Of a stretch of 64,000 bases of DNA, positions 1-8,426 are shown piece after piece. Source of the DNA: Verrucomicrobia subdivision 3 bacterium UBA6082 (GTDB taxonomy: Bacteria; Verrucomicrobiota; Verrucomicrobiia; Limisphaerales; UBA8199). How positions within the stretch are numbered: position 1 is the stretch's first letter; each line of letters starts with the position of its first letter. The stretch lies in assembly GCA_002428665.1 (NCBI GenBank), contig DIXK01000061.1, positions 20,694 to 84,693 of the forward strand, read 5' to 3'. Below the pieces are notes generated by a model, which searched no databases, was not told where the DNA came from, and saw only the letters and a program-made list of their open reading frames with translations. A program made the translations under genes and the position numbers.

Positions 1-93
1 TCACCGCCAGCAAAGGCTTCTACAGCCTGCGTATGCGTGTTAACGGTGTGGACAGCCAATAGAAAACAAGGGCGCGAGCGATGCCCTCCCGGG

Positions 94-1044
94 TCACGCG
101 ACCAACCAGCGCTGAAGCATCGTCCGATCGGCCTTCAAGGCTGTCAGCAAGGTTTCGCGAGTCTTTGGAGTTCCCTCAGCGCACCAATCGTATTCTACAT
201 GAAGTGAGATGGGGGCGGTATATCCGGTCCGTCTCAGCACTTTGAAATAGCCGGTTTGCTCAATCTTGCCCTGCCCCAACGCTACCCACTTCCGCTCCGC
301 AGTTATATCCTTGCAATAAGCGATGGCCAAGTGCGGGCGCAGGTTTTCAAAGTGTCTCTTCCAGTTGTCGCCATGCACCGACAGCGCATGGCCGATATCG
401 AACGCAGCTCCTACTTGCGCAGGGTCAAAGCCGTCGAGCAGCGCTTTTAATTCCGTCAAGTCGCCTCCGATACATTTCCGGGTGCCCATAGGGGAATGGT
501 TTTGGTAGATGGCTCCGATGCCGATCTCACGGCTCATTGCTGCGAGATCTTGCAGCCGCGCCCGCAACTCCCCAATTTGGTCTTTAAGCACCTTGCCTGG
601 AGCGTGCGCCTCCCATCCCAGGCGGTAATGCCTTACTCCAAGCTGGCGCGCAGTGCGCAGCAATCGCTCCGCGTTTGGGCTAGACACACTGATGATGGCG
701 GTCGTAATCATCGGCATTACCAGGCCATGACGCTTGAGGGCTGCGACGTAGCGCGGCAGGTCCTCTTCCACCCGCTCGGGCAGCACCTCCCCACCGGGAC
801 GCACTGGGCAATCCACCCCCTCAAGTCCCGCAGCAGCTGTCATCGCCGCAGCCGCCTCAAAATCCAGTTTCAACTCCTGGAAGATTTTGCTGAATACCAC
901 GATGTCACAGCATTGCGCGGTCTCGGTCGCTGCACGGCTGGACACCGACCCCATACCCAGGGTAGAAAGCGCCGTAGCCATTCCAGCCCGGACAATGAAT
1001 GCACGACGCGATAGCGCCTGCTCGCTGACAACCATCCTATTCAC
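94..1044 (-). CDS. Xylose isomerase-like TIM-barrel protein (sugar phosphate isomerase/epimerase family) with Tat-type signal
   Basis: 316-aa ORF. The N-terminus SRRAFIVRAGMATALSTLG...SSRAA resembles a twin-arginine signal. The body has patterns typical of xylose-isomerase-like TIM barrels (HYRLGW, IYQNH, FDIGHA, SLHVEYDW). The track start at 1044 is GTG; ATG at 1035 is an alternative. Confidence 0.7.
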   Translation of the reverse strand: MNRMVVSEQALSRRAFIVRAGMATALSTLGMGSVSSRAATETAQCCDIVVFSKIFQELKLDFEAAAAMTAAAGLEGVDCPVRPGGEVLPERVEEDLPRYVAALKRHGLVMPMITTAIISVSSPNAERLLRTARQLGVRHYRLGWEAHAPGKVLKDQIGELRARLQDLAAMSREIGIGAIYQNHSPMGTRKCIGGDLTELKALLDGFDPAQVGAAFDIGHALSVHGDNWKRHFENLRPHLAIAYCKDITAERKWVALGQGKIEQTGYFKVLRRTGYTAPISLHVEYDWCAEGTPKTRETLLTALKADRTMLQRWLVA

Positions 1045-1122
1045 AATCTCTTGCTTATTACATTAACCGACCCACGAGCAGCCACCACTCAGTATTTTGG
1101 CCACTCCGGGCACTAAGACTAA

Positions 1123-2112
1123 TCACTTTAGCTCCTGGCCGCCTCCGCTCACGTTTTCCTTATCAAAGACACGAGAACCCAAAATGATCTCCTTGGGCAC
1201 GATTTCACCGCCGAGGATTTTCAACGCGGTATCGATTGCCTCCGCGCCACCGGTGGGGTACTGAAATGTGGCATCCAAAATCCCCTGGCGCACATAAGCC
1301 ACTCCCTCTTGGGGCAGGGCGTCGATGCCTACAAACGCTATGTCCTTTTCTCTTCCGGCAGCCTTCGCCGCAAGGTAAGCCCCGTGGGCCCCGGGGTCGT
1401 TGTGTGCATAAACGCAATCAATCTTAGCAAATCGTGCCAGCGCCGACTCCATCTCCCGGCGGGCATCCGGTTCCAACCATTTCATGTCCGCCTCAAAAAT
1501 CACTTCCACTTCAGAGCCCTTGATCGCATCACGGAATCCATTGTTGCGGTCCTGGCCCGGAGTGGAAGTCATCAAACCTTTGAGTTCCACAAGCTTCGCC
1601 TTGCCGCCGAATTTTTTCACGATCCACTCCCCAGCAGCGCGCCCGATTTTGCGGTTATCCGCGCCGATGAAACAGGTATATTTGTCCCCTAGCAGTCGGC
1701 GATCCAAAACCACTACCGGTATCCCTGCTTCCATGGCTTTGGCCACAGGCTCGGTCAATGGCTGCGCCTCCTTGGGACTGATAATAATCAGGTTCACCCC
1801 GGCACTGACGAACTCCTCCACATGAGCTCTCTGTTTCAACGTATCGTTTTGCGCATCCTTAAACACCACGCGAAGTTCGGGATGTTTCTCGGTGGCGGCC
1901 TTGATCTGGGCATTCATCTCCACGCGCCACGGCTCGCCCAGATTGCACTGACTCATGCCGATGGTGAACCTGGCCTTGGCGTCGCCTCCTCCGCCAACGC
2001 CGTCCTTGGTCTGGTTTGGATCACCGCAACCACTCAATGCAACAGCGGCGATAAGTGAAAGAACGAGTCCCAGGCAACGGCAGGCGAGTGTGTGAATTGG
2101 CATATCATCCAT
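1123..2112 (-). CDS. Sugar ABC-transporter substrate-binding lipoprotein (type I periplasmic binding protein, RbsB-like)
   Basis: 329-aa ORF with a lipoprotein signal ending LIAAVALSGC. The mature part resembles ribose/galactose-type binding proteins (FTIGMSQCNLGEPWR, NLIIISP, IPVVVLDR, FIGADN, YAHNDP, VGIDALP). Confidence 0.75.
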   Translation of the reverse strand: MDDMPIHTLACRCLGLVLSLIAAVALSGCGDPNQTKDGVGGGGDAKARFTIGMSQCNLGEPWRVEMNAQIKAATEKHPELRVVFKDAQNDTLKQRAHVEEFVSAGVNLIIISPKEAQPLTEPVAKAMEAGIPVVVLDRRLLGDKYTCFIGADNRKIGRAAGEWIVKKFGGKAKLVELKGLMTSTPGQDRNNGFRDAIKGSEVEVIFEADMKWLEPDARREMESALARFAKIDCVYAHNDPGAHGAYLAAKAAGREKDIAFVGIDALPQEGVAYVRQGILDATFQYPTGGAEAIDTALKILGGEIVPKEIILGSRVFDKENVSGGGQELK

Positions 2113-2214
2113 TTCAATAACCAGAGCCGCGGGAAAAGCAAATACTTCTTTGCCTCCGTGGCCAGCCTGCTAAGCCTCGCTTGGTTCACAGACAATCGTT
2201 CCGTCGCCCCCCGA

Positions 2215-2982
2215 TCACTTGGTGATACCCCGAGCACTACCTCTGATAAACTGGACGAGCGTCTGCACCTCTGCAAGGGCGGGTAGGTCTTTTTCGATTC
2301 GTGCCAGGGCGTTTGGCACGGTGAGCCCCTCCCGAAAGATTATCTTGTAGGCTTGACGAAGCGCTGACTGTGCCTGCTCAGGAATCCCGTTACGTTCCAT
2401 GCCGACTTTGTTGATGGTTTTTGTCTCCGCAGGATTGCCATCCACCAGCATGAAGGGTGGGACGTCCTGCACCACCTTCGAGCAACCACCGATAATGGAC
2501 ATCCGCCCGATGCGGCAAAACTGGTGCACGGCCGCCAACCCACCCACTACGGCATGATCCTCCATGGTAACATGGCCGGCCAGGCTGGCCACATTGGACA
2601 TGATAATATGGTCCCCGAGCATAACGTTATGCGCCAGGTGGCAGTAGGCCAGGATGTGGTTGCAGGAGCCCACCTTAGTCACCTCCCCATCTCCGGTCGC
2701 GCTGTGAACGGTGACGTATTCCCGGAACGTATTATGATTGCCAATCTCCGTACGGGTTATTCCGCCTTTCCACTTCAGATCCTGGGTCTTTAGACCGATG
2801 CTGGCGAAGGGAAAGATCTCGTTATCCGAGCCCAGGCTCGTGTAACCGTCGATCACCACGTGAGAATGAAGCCGACAGCGCGGCCCGAGCGACACGTGCT
2901 CCCCGATCACACAATAAGGACCAATGTCGCAATCCGCACCAATTTCCGCACTGCGATGAATAATAGCCGTCGAATGAATCAT
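2215..2982 (-). CDS. lpxA: Acyl-ACP--UDP-N-acetylglucosamine O-acyltransferase
   Basis: Left-handed beta-helix hexapeptide repeats from MIHSTAIIHRSAEIGADCDIGPYCVIGEHV, and the LpxA C-terminal helical part (NKVGMERNGIPEQAQSALRQAYKIIFREG). ATG at 2982 gives a canonical N-terminus; the track ORF extends to 3030. Confidence 0.9.
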   Translation of the reverse strand: MIHSTAIIHRSAEIGADCDIGPYCVIGEHVSLGPRCRLHSHVVIDGYTSLGSDNEIFPFASIGLKTQDLKWKGGITRTEIGNHNTFREYVTVHSATGDGEVTKVGSCNHILAYCHLAHNVMLGDHIIMSNVASLAGHVTMEDHAVVGGLAAVHQFCRIGRMSIIGGCSKVVQDVPPFMLVDGNPAETKTINKVGMERNGIPEQAQSALRQAYKIIFREGLTVPNALARIEKDLPALAEVQTLVQFIRGSARGITK

Positions 2983-3022
2983 GAGCTGTTTCTGTTTTGG
3001 AGGCTCCTGCCACTTCCAGGAC

Positions 3023-4369
3023 TCACGCAAGCCGGGTCATGAAGGTCACATCCGCCTCACTCACGACCTCGCCGTCGACCTTGCAAACGCCTTTTGCCTT
3101 ACCGATTTTTCCCCGTGATTTGGTCAACTCGACCTCGATGACCAGAGTATCCCCCGGCCGTACGGGCTTGCGCCATTTCACATCTTCAGCCGCCATGAAA
3201 TAGGCGATCTGCCCTGCCGTCTCGGCACGCCGTAGCATTACCAACCCAGCGACCTGCGCGATAGCTTCCAATTGCAGCACTCCCGGCATGATTGGGTGCC
3301 CCGGAAAATGTCCCTGGAAATAGGGCTCGTTAATGGTCACGTTTTTGACCGCCACGATATGATTGCCGTCGATCTTCAACACCCGATCCACCATCAGGAA
3401 CGGGTAACGATGAGGTAGCAGCGCCATCACTCCGTCGATATCCACAGCCCCATCGCCACTGCATAAAGTTTCCGCCGTAACCTCTGGGTCTCGGGCGGGG
3501 GGCGGGCCAAAAGTCTGCGCCGCTACGAGCGGTTTGCGCATCTGGGCTAGAACGCGACGAACCAGTTCGCAGTTGGCTGCGTGGCTCGGTTTCACCGCAA
3601 TCAAATGGCCTTGCAACGGACGGCCAAGCAGTGACAGATCGCCGACAATATCGAGCATTTTGTGCCGGACGAATTCCTCCGGGTAGCGCAAGGGCTCCGT
3701 CGTGAGAACCGCGTCGTCACGAATGATTACGGCGTTTTCCAGGCTCCCACCTTTGATCAGTCCATTTTTGATCAAATACTCAATTTCCTCGTAGAAACAA
3801 AAAGTACGGGCGTGGGCGAGATCTGTCTCCCACGTCTTCGGGGAGAGTTCTAAGGAGTAGAACTGAGTGAATCGGCCTTTTCGGTCAGCACTTGTACACG
3901 TGATTTTGAAACCCTCGTGAGGAAACAAAGTCATCACTGTCTCGCCCACCTCCAATTCGATCGGCGCGGAAACCGAGTAGGTATCTCGTCTCGCATCCTG
4001 AGCCACTACACCGGATTCCTGGATCATTCTACAATACTCCCGAGCGCTCCCATCAGCGATCGGCGGTTCGTTCGCATCCAACTCCACGATGGCATTATCG
4101 ATGCCGTAACCCGCAAACGTTGCAAGCACATGCTCCACTGTATGGATTCGGGTGTTGCCCTTGGCCAGCGTCGTCGAGCGGGTCGTCTCGGCCACATTTT
4201 CGACACGGGCTTCGATTTCGGGTCGGCCCTCAAGGTCTACGCGACGAAAGCGCACACCACTATTGGGAGGCGCCGGCAGGAAAGTCATATTCACCCGGTT
4301 CCCACTGTGCAGCCCAATACCGGAATAACTGGCGGGCCCATTGATCGTTTGCTGTTGCAGCACCCGCAA
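3023..4369 (-). CDS. lpxC: Bifunctional UDP-3-O-acyl-GlcNAc deacetylase / 3-hydroxyacyl-ACP dehydratase (LpxC-FabZ fusion)
   Basis: The N-terminal half is LpxC-like (GIGLHSGN, HTVEHVLA, HKMLDIVGDL). The C-terminal half is a FabZ hot-dog fold (LPHRYPFLMVDRV, FQGHFPGHPIMPGVLQLEAIAQ). There is no ATG at the 5' end: the start is TTG at 4369 or GTG at 4363. Confidence 0.9.
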   Translation of the reverse strand: MRVLQQQTINGPASYSGIGLHSGNRVNMTFLPAPPNSGVRFRRVDLEGRPEIEARVENVAETTRSTTLAKGNTRIHTVEHVLATFAGYGIDNAIVELDANEPPIADGSAREYCRMIQESGVVAQDARRDTYSVSAPIELEVGETVMTLFPHEGFKITCTSADRKGRFTQFYSLELSPKTWETDLAHARTFCFYEEIEYLIKNGLIKGGSLENAVIIRDDAVLTTEPLRYPEEFVRHKMLDIVGDLSLLGRPLQGHLIAVKPSHAANCELVRRVLAQMRKPLVAAQTFGPPPARDPEVTAETLCSGDGAVDIDGVMALLPHRYPFLMVDRVLKIDGNHIVAVKNVTINEPYFQGHFPGHPIMPGVLQLEAIAQVAGLVMLRRAETAGQIAYFMAAEDVKWRKPVRPGDTLVIEVELTKSRGKIGKAKGVCKVDGEVVSEADVTFMTRLA

Positions 4370-4591
4370 ATTAAAACCGCGGCCTCATCCCTTGGCAAGA
4401 ACAGTCCTCGGCCCTGGTGGGCCCAAGGGCGGTTTTCACCAACTCTGCTCTCTCAATAGACTGTATACGAAGTCTTTGTATCCCTCTCAACTCCCTAGGC
4501 AAGGAAAAGAAGGGTGAACTCACTTTTGCGATCAGCCGATGCTGCCAAGCCAGAGCTGTGCAACGGTATTCCCGAAACAGTTCCCACTCCG

Positions 4592-5329
4592 CTACACCGC
4601 CCCAAAGCGTCGGTCACGACGGGCATACTCCTGCAGCGCCGCGTAAAACTCGTCCTTACGAAAGTCAGGCCAAAGGGTTTGAGTCACCACCAGTTCCGCA
4701 TACGAGATCTGCCAAAGCAGAAAATTGCTCACCCGCATTTCCCCGCTGGTACGGATCAGCAAATCCGGGTCTGGAATATTCCGGGTATACAGGTGCTGAG
4801 AAAACACCTGCTCCGTGATTTCCGACGGGTCTAGTTCTCCCGCCTTCACTTGAGTGGCGATATTGCGCACGGCTTCCACAATTTCCGTACGACCGCCGTA
4901 GCTCAGCGCCATGACCAGTGTCAAACCGTTATTCTTGGAAAGCACTGCCATTGACTTCTTGAGATGCGCCTGAACGGTTTCCGGCAGCCGATAAATTTGC
5001 CCGATCACTTCAAGACGCACATTGCTCTTGTTGAGTTCCGAGGTCTCGGTCTTGAGATAGTGAACGAGGTATCGCATCAGCGCGTCCACCTCTTCCTTGG
5101 GCCGGTTCCAATTTTCAACCGAGAACGCATAAAGCGTCAGAAACTGGATTCCCAATTCGCCTGCCGCCCGAATTATGGTCCTTGCCGATTCTGCCCCCGC
5201 CCGGTGCCCTTCGACCCGAGGTAGATGGCGCTGGCGCGCCCAGCGCCCGTTGCCGTCCATAATCACCGCCACATGCCGGGGCAGCGAGGCTTGCTCTTCC
5301 GCGCTCAAGTGTACGGTCGGGACCTGCAT
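4592..5329 (-). CDS. uppS: Undecaprenyl-diphosphate synthase (isoprenyl transferase)
   Basis: Motifs HVAVIMDGNGRWA, LTLYAFSVENWNRP and IRTSGEMRVSNFLLWQ. ATG at 5329 overlaps the purA stop by 1 nt (TGATG on the minus strand). Confidence 0.9.
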   Translation of the reverse strand: MQVPTVHLSAEEQASLPRHVAVIMDGNGRWARQRHLPRVEGHRAGAESARTIIRAAGELGIQFLTLYAFSVENWNRPKEEVDALMRYLVHYLKTETSELNKSNVRLEVIGQIYRLPETVQAHLKKSMAVLSKNNGLTLVMALSYGGRTEIVEAVRNIATQVKAGELDPSEITEQVFSQHLYTRNIPDPDLLIRTSGEMRVSNFLLWQISYAELVVTQTLWPDFRKDEFYAALQEYARRDRRFGAV

Positions 5330-6597
5330 CAACAGAAGATGGTCTGTTCTCGACCGGGCCCGACCGAAGCAATCTTAAGGCTAGCTCCGGTCAATTCAGC
5401 CAGAGCCTTCAGATAATCCCGAGCCTTCGGCGGCAACTGCTTCCAAGTGGCTGCGCCGGTCGTTGGCGTACGCCAACCCGCAAACTCCGCATAAACAGGT
5501 TCGCACCGCCGCAGCAATTCCACATCCGCCGGGAGATAGTCGTACCGTTTCCGTCCCTCTCGGTAAGCCACGCACACCTTGATGGTCTCAACGGTATCCA
5601 ACCCGTCGATATTCGTGATAGCCAGGTCGTCGATACCGTTAACCATGGCCGCGTGCCGCGTCGCCACCGAATCGAACCAACCACAGCGCCGGGCCCGCCC
5701 GGTAGTGGCACCAAACTCGCGCCCCATGGCATGCAACATGTCGGCGATTTCGGCGCTTTCGGTCGGCAGAGGTCCCTCACCCACTCGCGTGGTGTAGGCC
5801 TTCATCACCCCTACAACGCGGTCCATGCGATGGGGCGGCACGCCTGACCCCGTGCAAGCCCCGCCGGCGGTGGTATTCGACGACGTCACAAATGGGTAAG
5901 TGCCGTGGTCGATGTCCAGGAATGTACCTTGAGCCCCTTCAAACAGCAGGTTCTGGCCGCGTTGCATCGCCTGGTGCAGCAACACCACAGTGTTTGTCAC
6001 CAACGGCTTCAGGTAATCGCCCACCGCGCGATACTCGTCGTGGACTTTCTTGAAAGAAAGCGGCTTGGCACCGAAAGCCTTAAGGATCTCGTTGTTTTCT
6101 TTAATCTTCCAGGCGAGCTTTTCCTTGAACTTGTCGCCATCTACCAAGTCGATCACGCGCAAGCCCGTGCGCGCTGCCTTGTCCCCGTAAGCCGGGCCGA
6201 TCCCTCGCTTGGTGGTGCCAATCTTATTCTTCCCCTTCAAAGCCTCCCGCTGCGCATCTAACTCGCGATGGTACGGCAGCACCAAGTGAGCCGTCTCACT
6301 CAGAAACAGATTGCGATCCACCTTCACCCCCAGTTTCCGCAAACCCTCGATCTCATCCACGAGGCTCACTGGATCCACCACCACACCGTTTCCGATCACG
6401 CATACCTTGCCGCGCCTCAAAATACCCGATGGAATCAAGTGCAGAACATACTTCCGCCCCTTGATATAGACCGTGTGCCCCGCGTTGTTTCCGCCCTGCG
6501 TGCGGACAACCACATCCGCCTGCTCCGTGAGCACGTCAATAATCTTGCCTTTTCCTTCATCGCCCCATTGGGCGCCAACCAGAATTGTATTGGCCAT
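5329..6597 (-). CDS. purA: Adenylosuccinate synthase
   Basis: MANTILVGAQWGDEGKGKIID P-loop, GGNNAGHT and GTTKRGIGPAY. ATG at 6597; the track ORF starts 18 nt upstream. Confidence 0.95.
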   Translation of the reverse strand: MANTILVGAQWGDEGKGKIIDVLTEQADVVVRTQGGNNAGHTVYIKGRKYVLHLIPSGILRRGKVCVIGNGVVVDPVSLVDEIEGLRKLGVKVDRNLFLSETAHLVLPYHRELDAQREALKGKNKIGTTKRGIGPAYGDKAARTGLRVIDLVDGDKFKEKLAWKIKENNEILKAFGAKPLSFKKVHDEYRAVGDYLKPLVTNTVVLLHQAMQRGQNLLFEGAQGTFLDIDHGTYPFVTSSNTTAGGACTGSGVPPHRMDRVVGVMKAYTTRVGEGPLPTESAEIADMLHAMGREFGATTGRARRCGWFDSVATRHAAMVNGIDDLAITNIDGLDTVETIKVCVAYREGRKRYDYLPADVELLRRCEPVYAEFAGWRTPTTGAATWKQLPPKARDYLKALAELTGASLKIASVGPGREQTIFC

Positions 6598-6955
6598 AAA
6601 ATTCAAAAGAAACACCTGAACAGAAACTCAGGGGCAAAGACTCAGCCTTTGCGTGCAGACACTAAGAAACCGTTGTCCCAACTGTCAACGCTGTAATGCC
6701 GCCAGATCCGCAGGTAATCGTTCTCGCCGGGAGAAAAGAAAAGTGACGCAGGCGCTCCCTCATGAGCTGCAAATCGCATCCACCAAACCTTCTCTACCTG
6801 GCGAGTGCCCCCCACCTTGCTTTGCACGACTCGGTTCTTGGCTTCTGCGTTCACGGTGAAATTGCGCCCTTGAAATTTCTTGTTGTGATATAACTACAAA
6901 ACATGCTTAGTCGTGTAATTGCACCGAACAGTTTCCCGGATTAAAATTCCTCCGA

Positions 6956-7366
6956 ATGAATGATCAATCGGATACTCACAGCAAGGTGATCGGTTACGTG
7001 CTTTGGCTGCTCGGCTTCACCGGTTCGCACCGCTTTTATTACGGACACCCAGTCTCGGGCACAATCTGGTTTTTCACTGCGGGCCTCTTCCTGATCGGTT
7101 GGATCATTGACCTCTTTCTCATCCCCTCTCTGCATCGCAAGGCAAGTCTTCGTTACGTCCCTGGTCCAATCGACTACACGGCCTCCTGGCTTCTCCTGAC
7201 CTTCCTGGGCTGGCTCGGCATTCACCGATTCTATATGCGAAAATGGGGCACTGGAATCTTGTACCTCCTAACGGTGGGGTTTCTTGGAATCGGAATCCTG
7301 TATGACTTTTGGACCTTGAACTCTCAAATCAGCGAAATCAACCAGGCCAGGTCTCGGTCGCGTTGA
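6956..7366 (+). CDS. TM2 domain-containing membrane protein (two TM2 repeats)
   Basis: 136-aa ORF with two copies of the TM2 pattern (GFTGSHRFYYGHPVSGTIWFFTAGLFLIGWIIDLFLIP and GWLGIHRFYMRKWGTGILYLLTVGFLGIGILYDFW). Confidence 0.7.
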   Translation: MNDQSDTHSKVIGYVLWLLGFTGSHRFYYGHPVSGTIWFFTAGLFLIGWIIDLFLIPSLHRKASLRYVPGPIDYTASWLLLTFLGWLGIHRFYMRKWGTGILYLLTVGFLGIGILYDFWTLNSQISEINQARSRSR

Positions 7367-7552
7367 ACCCTTAGCGATGGTACATTCCGGCACTGCCTCG
7401 GAACACAAAAACACACCTGTCCTTGGCAGCAACTTTCAAAGCCGCGGTCAGGTCAAAGGCCCCCAAAGCCGCACCCTTTCCACGGAAAAGCCACGCTGCG
7501 AAAAAAGTTTATACAAAAACAGCCCTCCCGGTGTCTATCTGGGTAAGCGTGC

Positions 7553-8107
7553 ATGGATAATACTACGGAGACAAACGGCTGGTGCGAAGCACTGTACCAC
7601 GCTAAAGCGTCGGGGCTTGTTCTTTACGGCCGGGCGCTCGGCCTGTCCCACAGTGAAGCCGAAGACGTTGTCCAGGAGACCTTCCTGAGCCTTCTCCAAC
7701 TGAAGCAGCGTCCCACACACGAGGAATACTACTGCATCCGCAGCTTCCGAAATCGGGCGCTAAACTGCCGCCGATCTCTCTGGCGTCGCGTGCTCCGAGA
7801 ACTCGAATCCGCCCGCTGGTTTGAACCCACCGCAGACAGTGGCCCCCAAGAAGCCAAGGCTCGGGAAACATTGGAGCGACTGCCCATCGAACAACGCGAA
7901 GTCATTGTCCTAAAGATATGGAACGGGTTGACGTTCGAAGAGATTGGCGAGCTGCTCGAGACCTCATCCCATACTGTAGCTGGCCGTTACCGCTACGGCA
8001 TTCAAAAATTGCGGAACCTACTCAAGGACCAGGATTATGAATACCATCGACAACTTGGAAACCCGGCTTCGCTCCTGGGTGCCACGCCCTCCGTCCCCGA
8101 AAGTTGA
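7553..8107 (+). CDS. ECF-type RNA polymerase sigma-70 family factor
   Basis: Region 2 (AEDVVQETFLSLLQ) and a region 4 HTH (LPIEQREVIVLKIWNGLTFEEIGELLETSSHTVAGRYRYGIQKLRNLL). The 3' tail overlaps the next gene. Confidence 0.85.
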   Translation: MDNTTETNGWCEALYHAKASGLVLYGRALGLSHSEAEDVVQETFLSLLQLKQRPTHEEYYCIRSFRNRALNCRRSLWRRVLRELESARWFEPTADSGPQEAKARETLERLPIEQREVIVLKIWNGLTFEEIGELLETSSHTVAGRYRYGIQKLRNLLKDQDYEYHRQLGNPASLLGATPSVPES

Positions 8108-8420
8108 AGACCGGTTGTTCCACCCGGACCGGGCGGCCACGCCGATTACACCGTGGCCCCTTAACGGGCTCGTTACCGCGAGCGCTGCGCTCCTTATGCT
8201 CATCCTCGCGCTCACGAACCGCCCCGTGGGTCCCCTGCCCAACACTGGCATTCTAAACCCAATCTTCGGCTCCATTCCGAGCAATTACAACGCGGAAGCC
8301 TTCATTCCACTCGCCTCTGCGACCGGTTGGGCCGGTGCTAAACCGCAAAGTTTTGAATGGACAAATGGCAGCAGTTCGACTTCTAGTATCAGTTCCCTTT
8401 CGACCGTCGGGAGGGAGTGA
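8037..8420 (+). CDS. Putative anti-sigma-like single-pass membrane protein
   Basis: 127-aa ORF directly after, and overlapping, the ECF sigma gene. AGGA lies 4 nt before the ATG. One hydrophobic helix (LVTASAALLMLILAL). The call rests on position only; there is no conserved zinc-finger anti-sigma motif. Confidence 0.5.
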   Translation: MNTIDNLETRLRSWVPRPPSPKVEDRLFHPDRAATPITPWPLNGLVTASAALLMLILALTNRPVGPLPNTGILNPIFGSIPSNYNAEAFIPLASATGWAGAKPQSFEWTNGSSSTSSISSLSTVGRE

Positions 8421-8426
8421 TCCATC

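Noticed and set aside
3-62. An open frame running in from the left edge and ending at TAG 60-62 (..TASKGFYSLRMRVNGVDSQ).
   Set aside because: At 19 codons it is too short to call a gene. It is mentioned only because the FY-x-LR ending resembles the C-terminal module discussed in the findings.
3023-4369. The LpxC-FabZ gene fusion as a possible novelty.
   Set aside because: This fusion is a well-known arrangement in several Gram-negative phyla. It is useful as a taxonomic hint but is not new biology.
6642-6854. A 70-aa minus-strand ORF lies in the 340-nt purA/TM2 divergent spacer (..MRFAAHEGAPASLFFSPGENDYLRIWRHYSVDSWDNGFLVSARKG).
   Set aside because: It has a GTG start with only a weak AGGG 12-15 nt upstream, no recognisable family, and third-position GC (~61% by my count) that is not discriminating. 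It cannot be supported as a gene without homologues or expression data.
7400-7422. A GGAAC ... GTC element upstream of the ECF sigma gene could be an autoregulated ECF promoter.
   Set aside because: The spacer between AAC and (C)GTC is ~13-14 nt rather than the usual ~16-17, and there is no supporting conservation.
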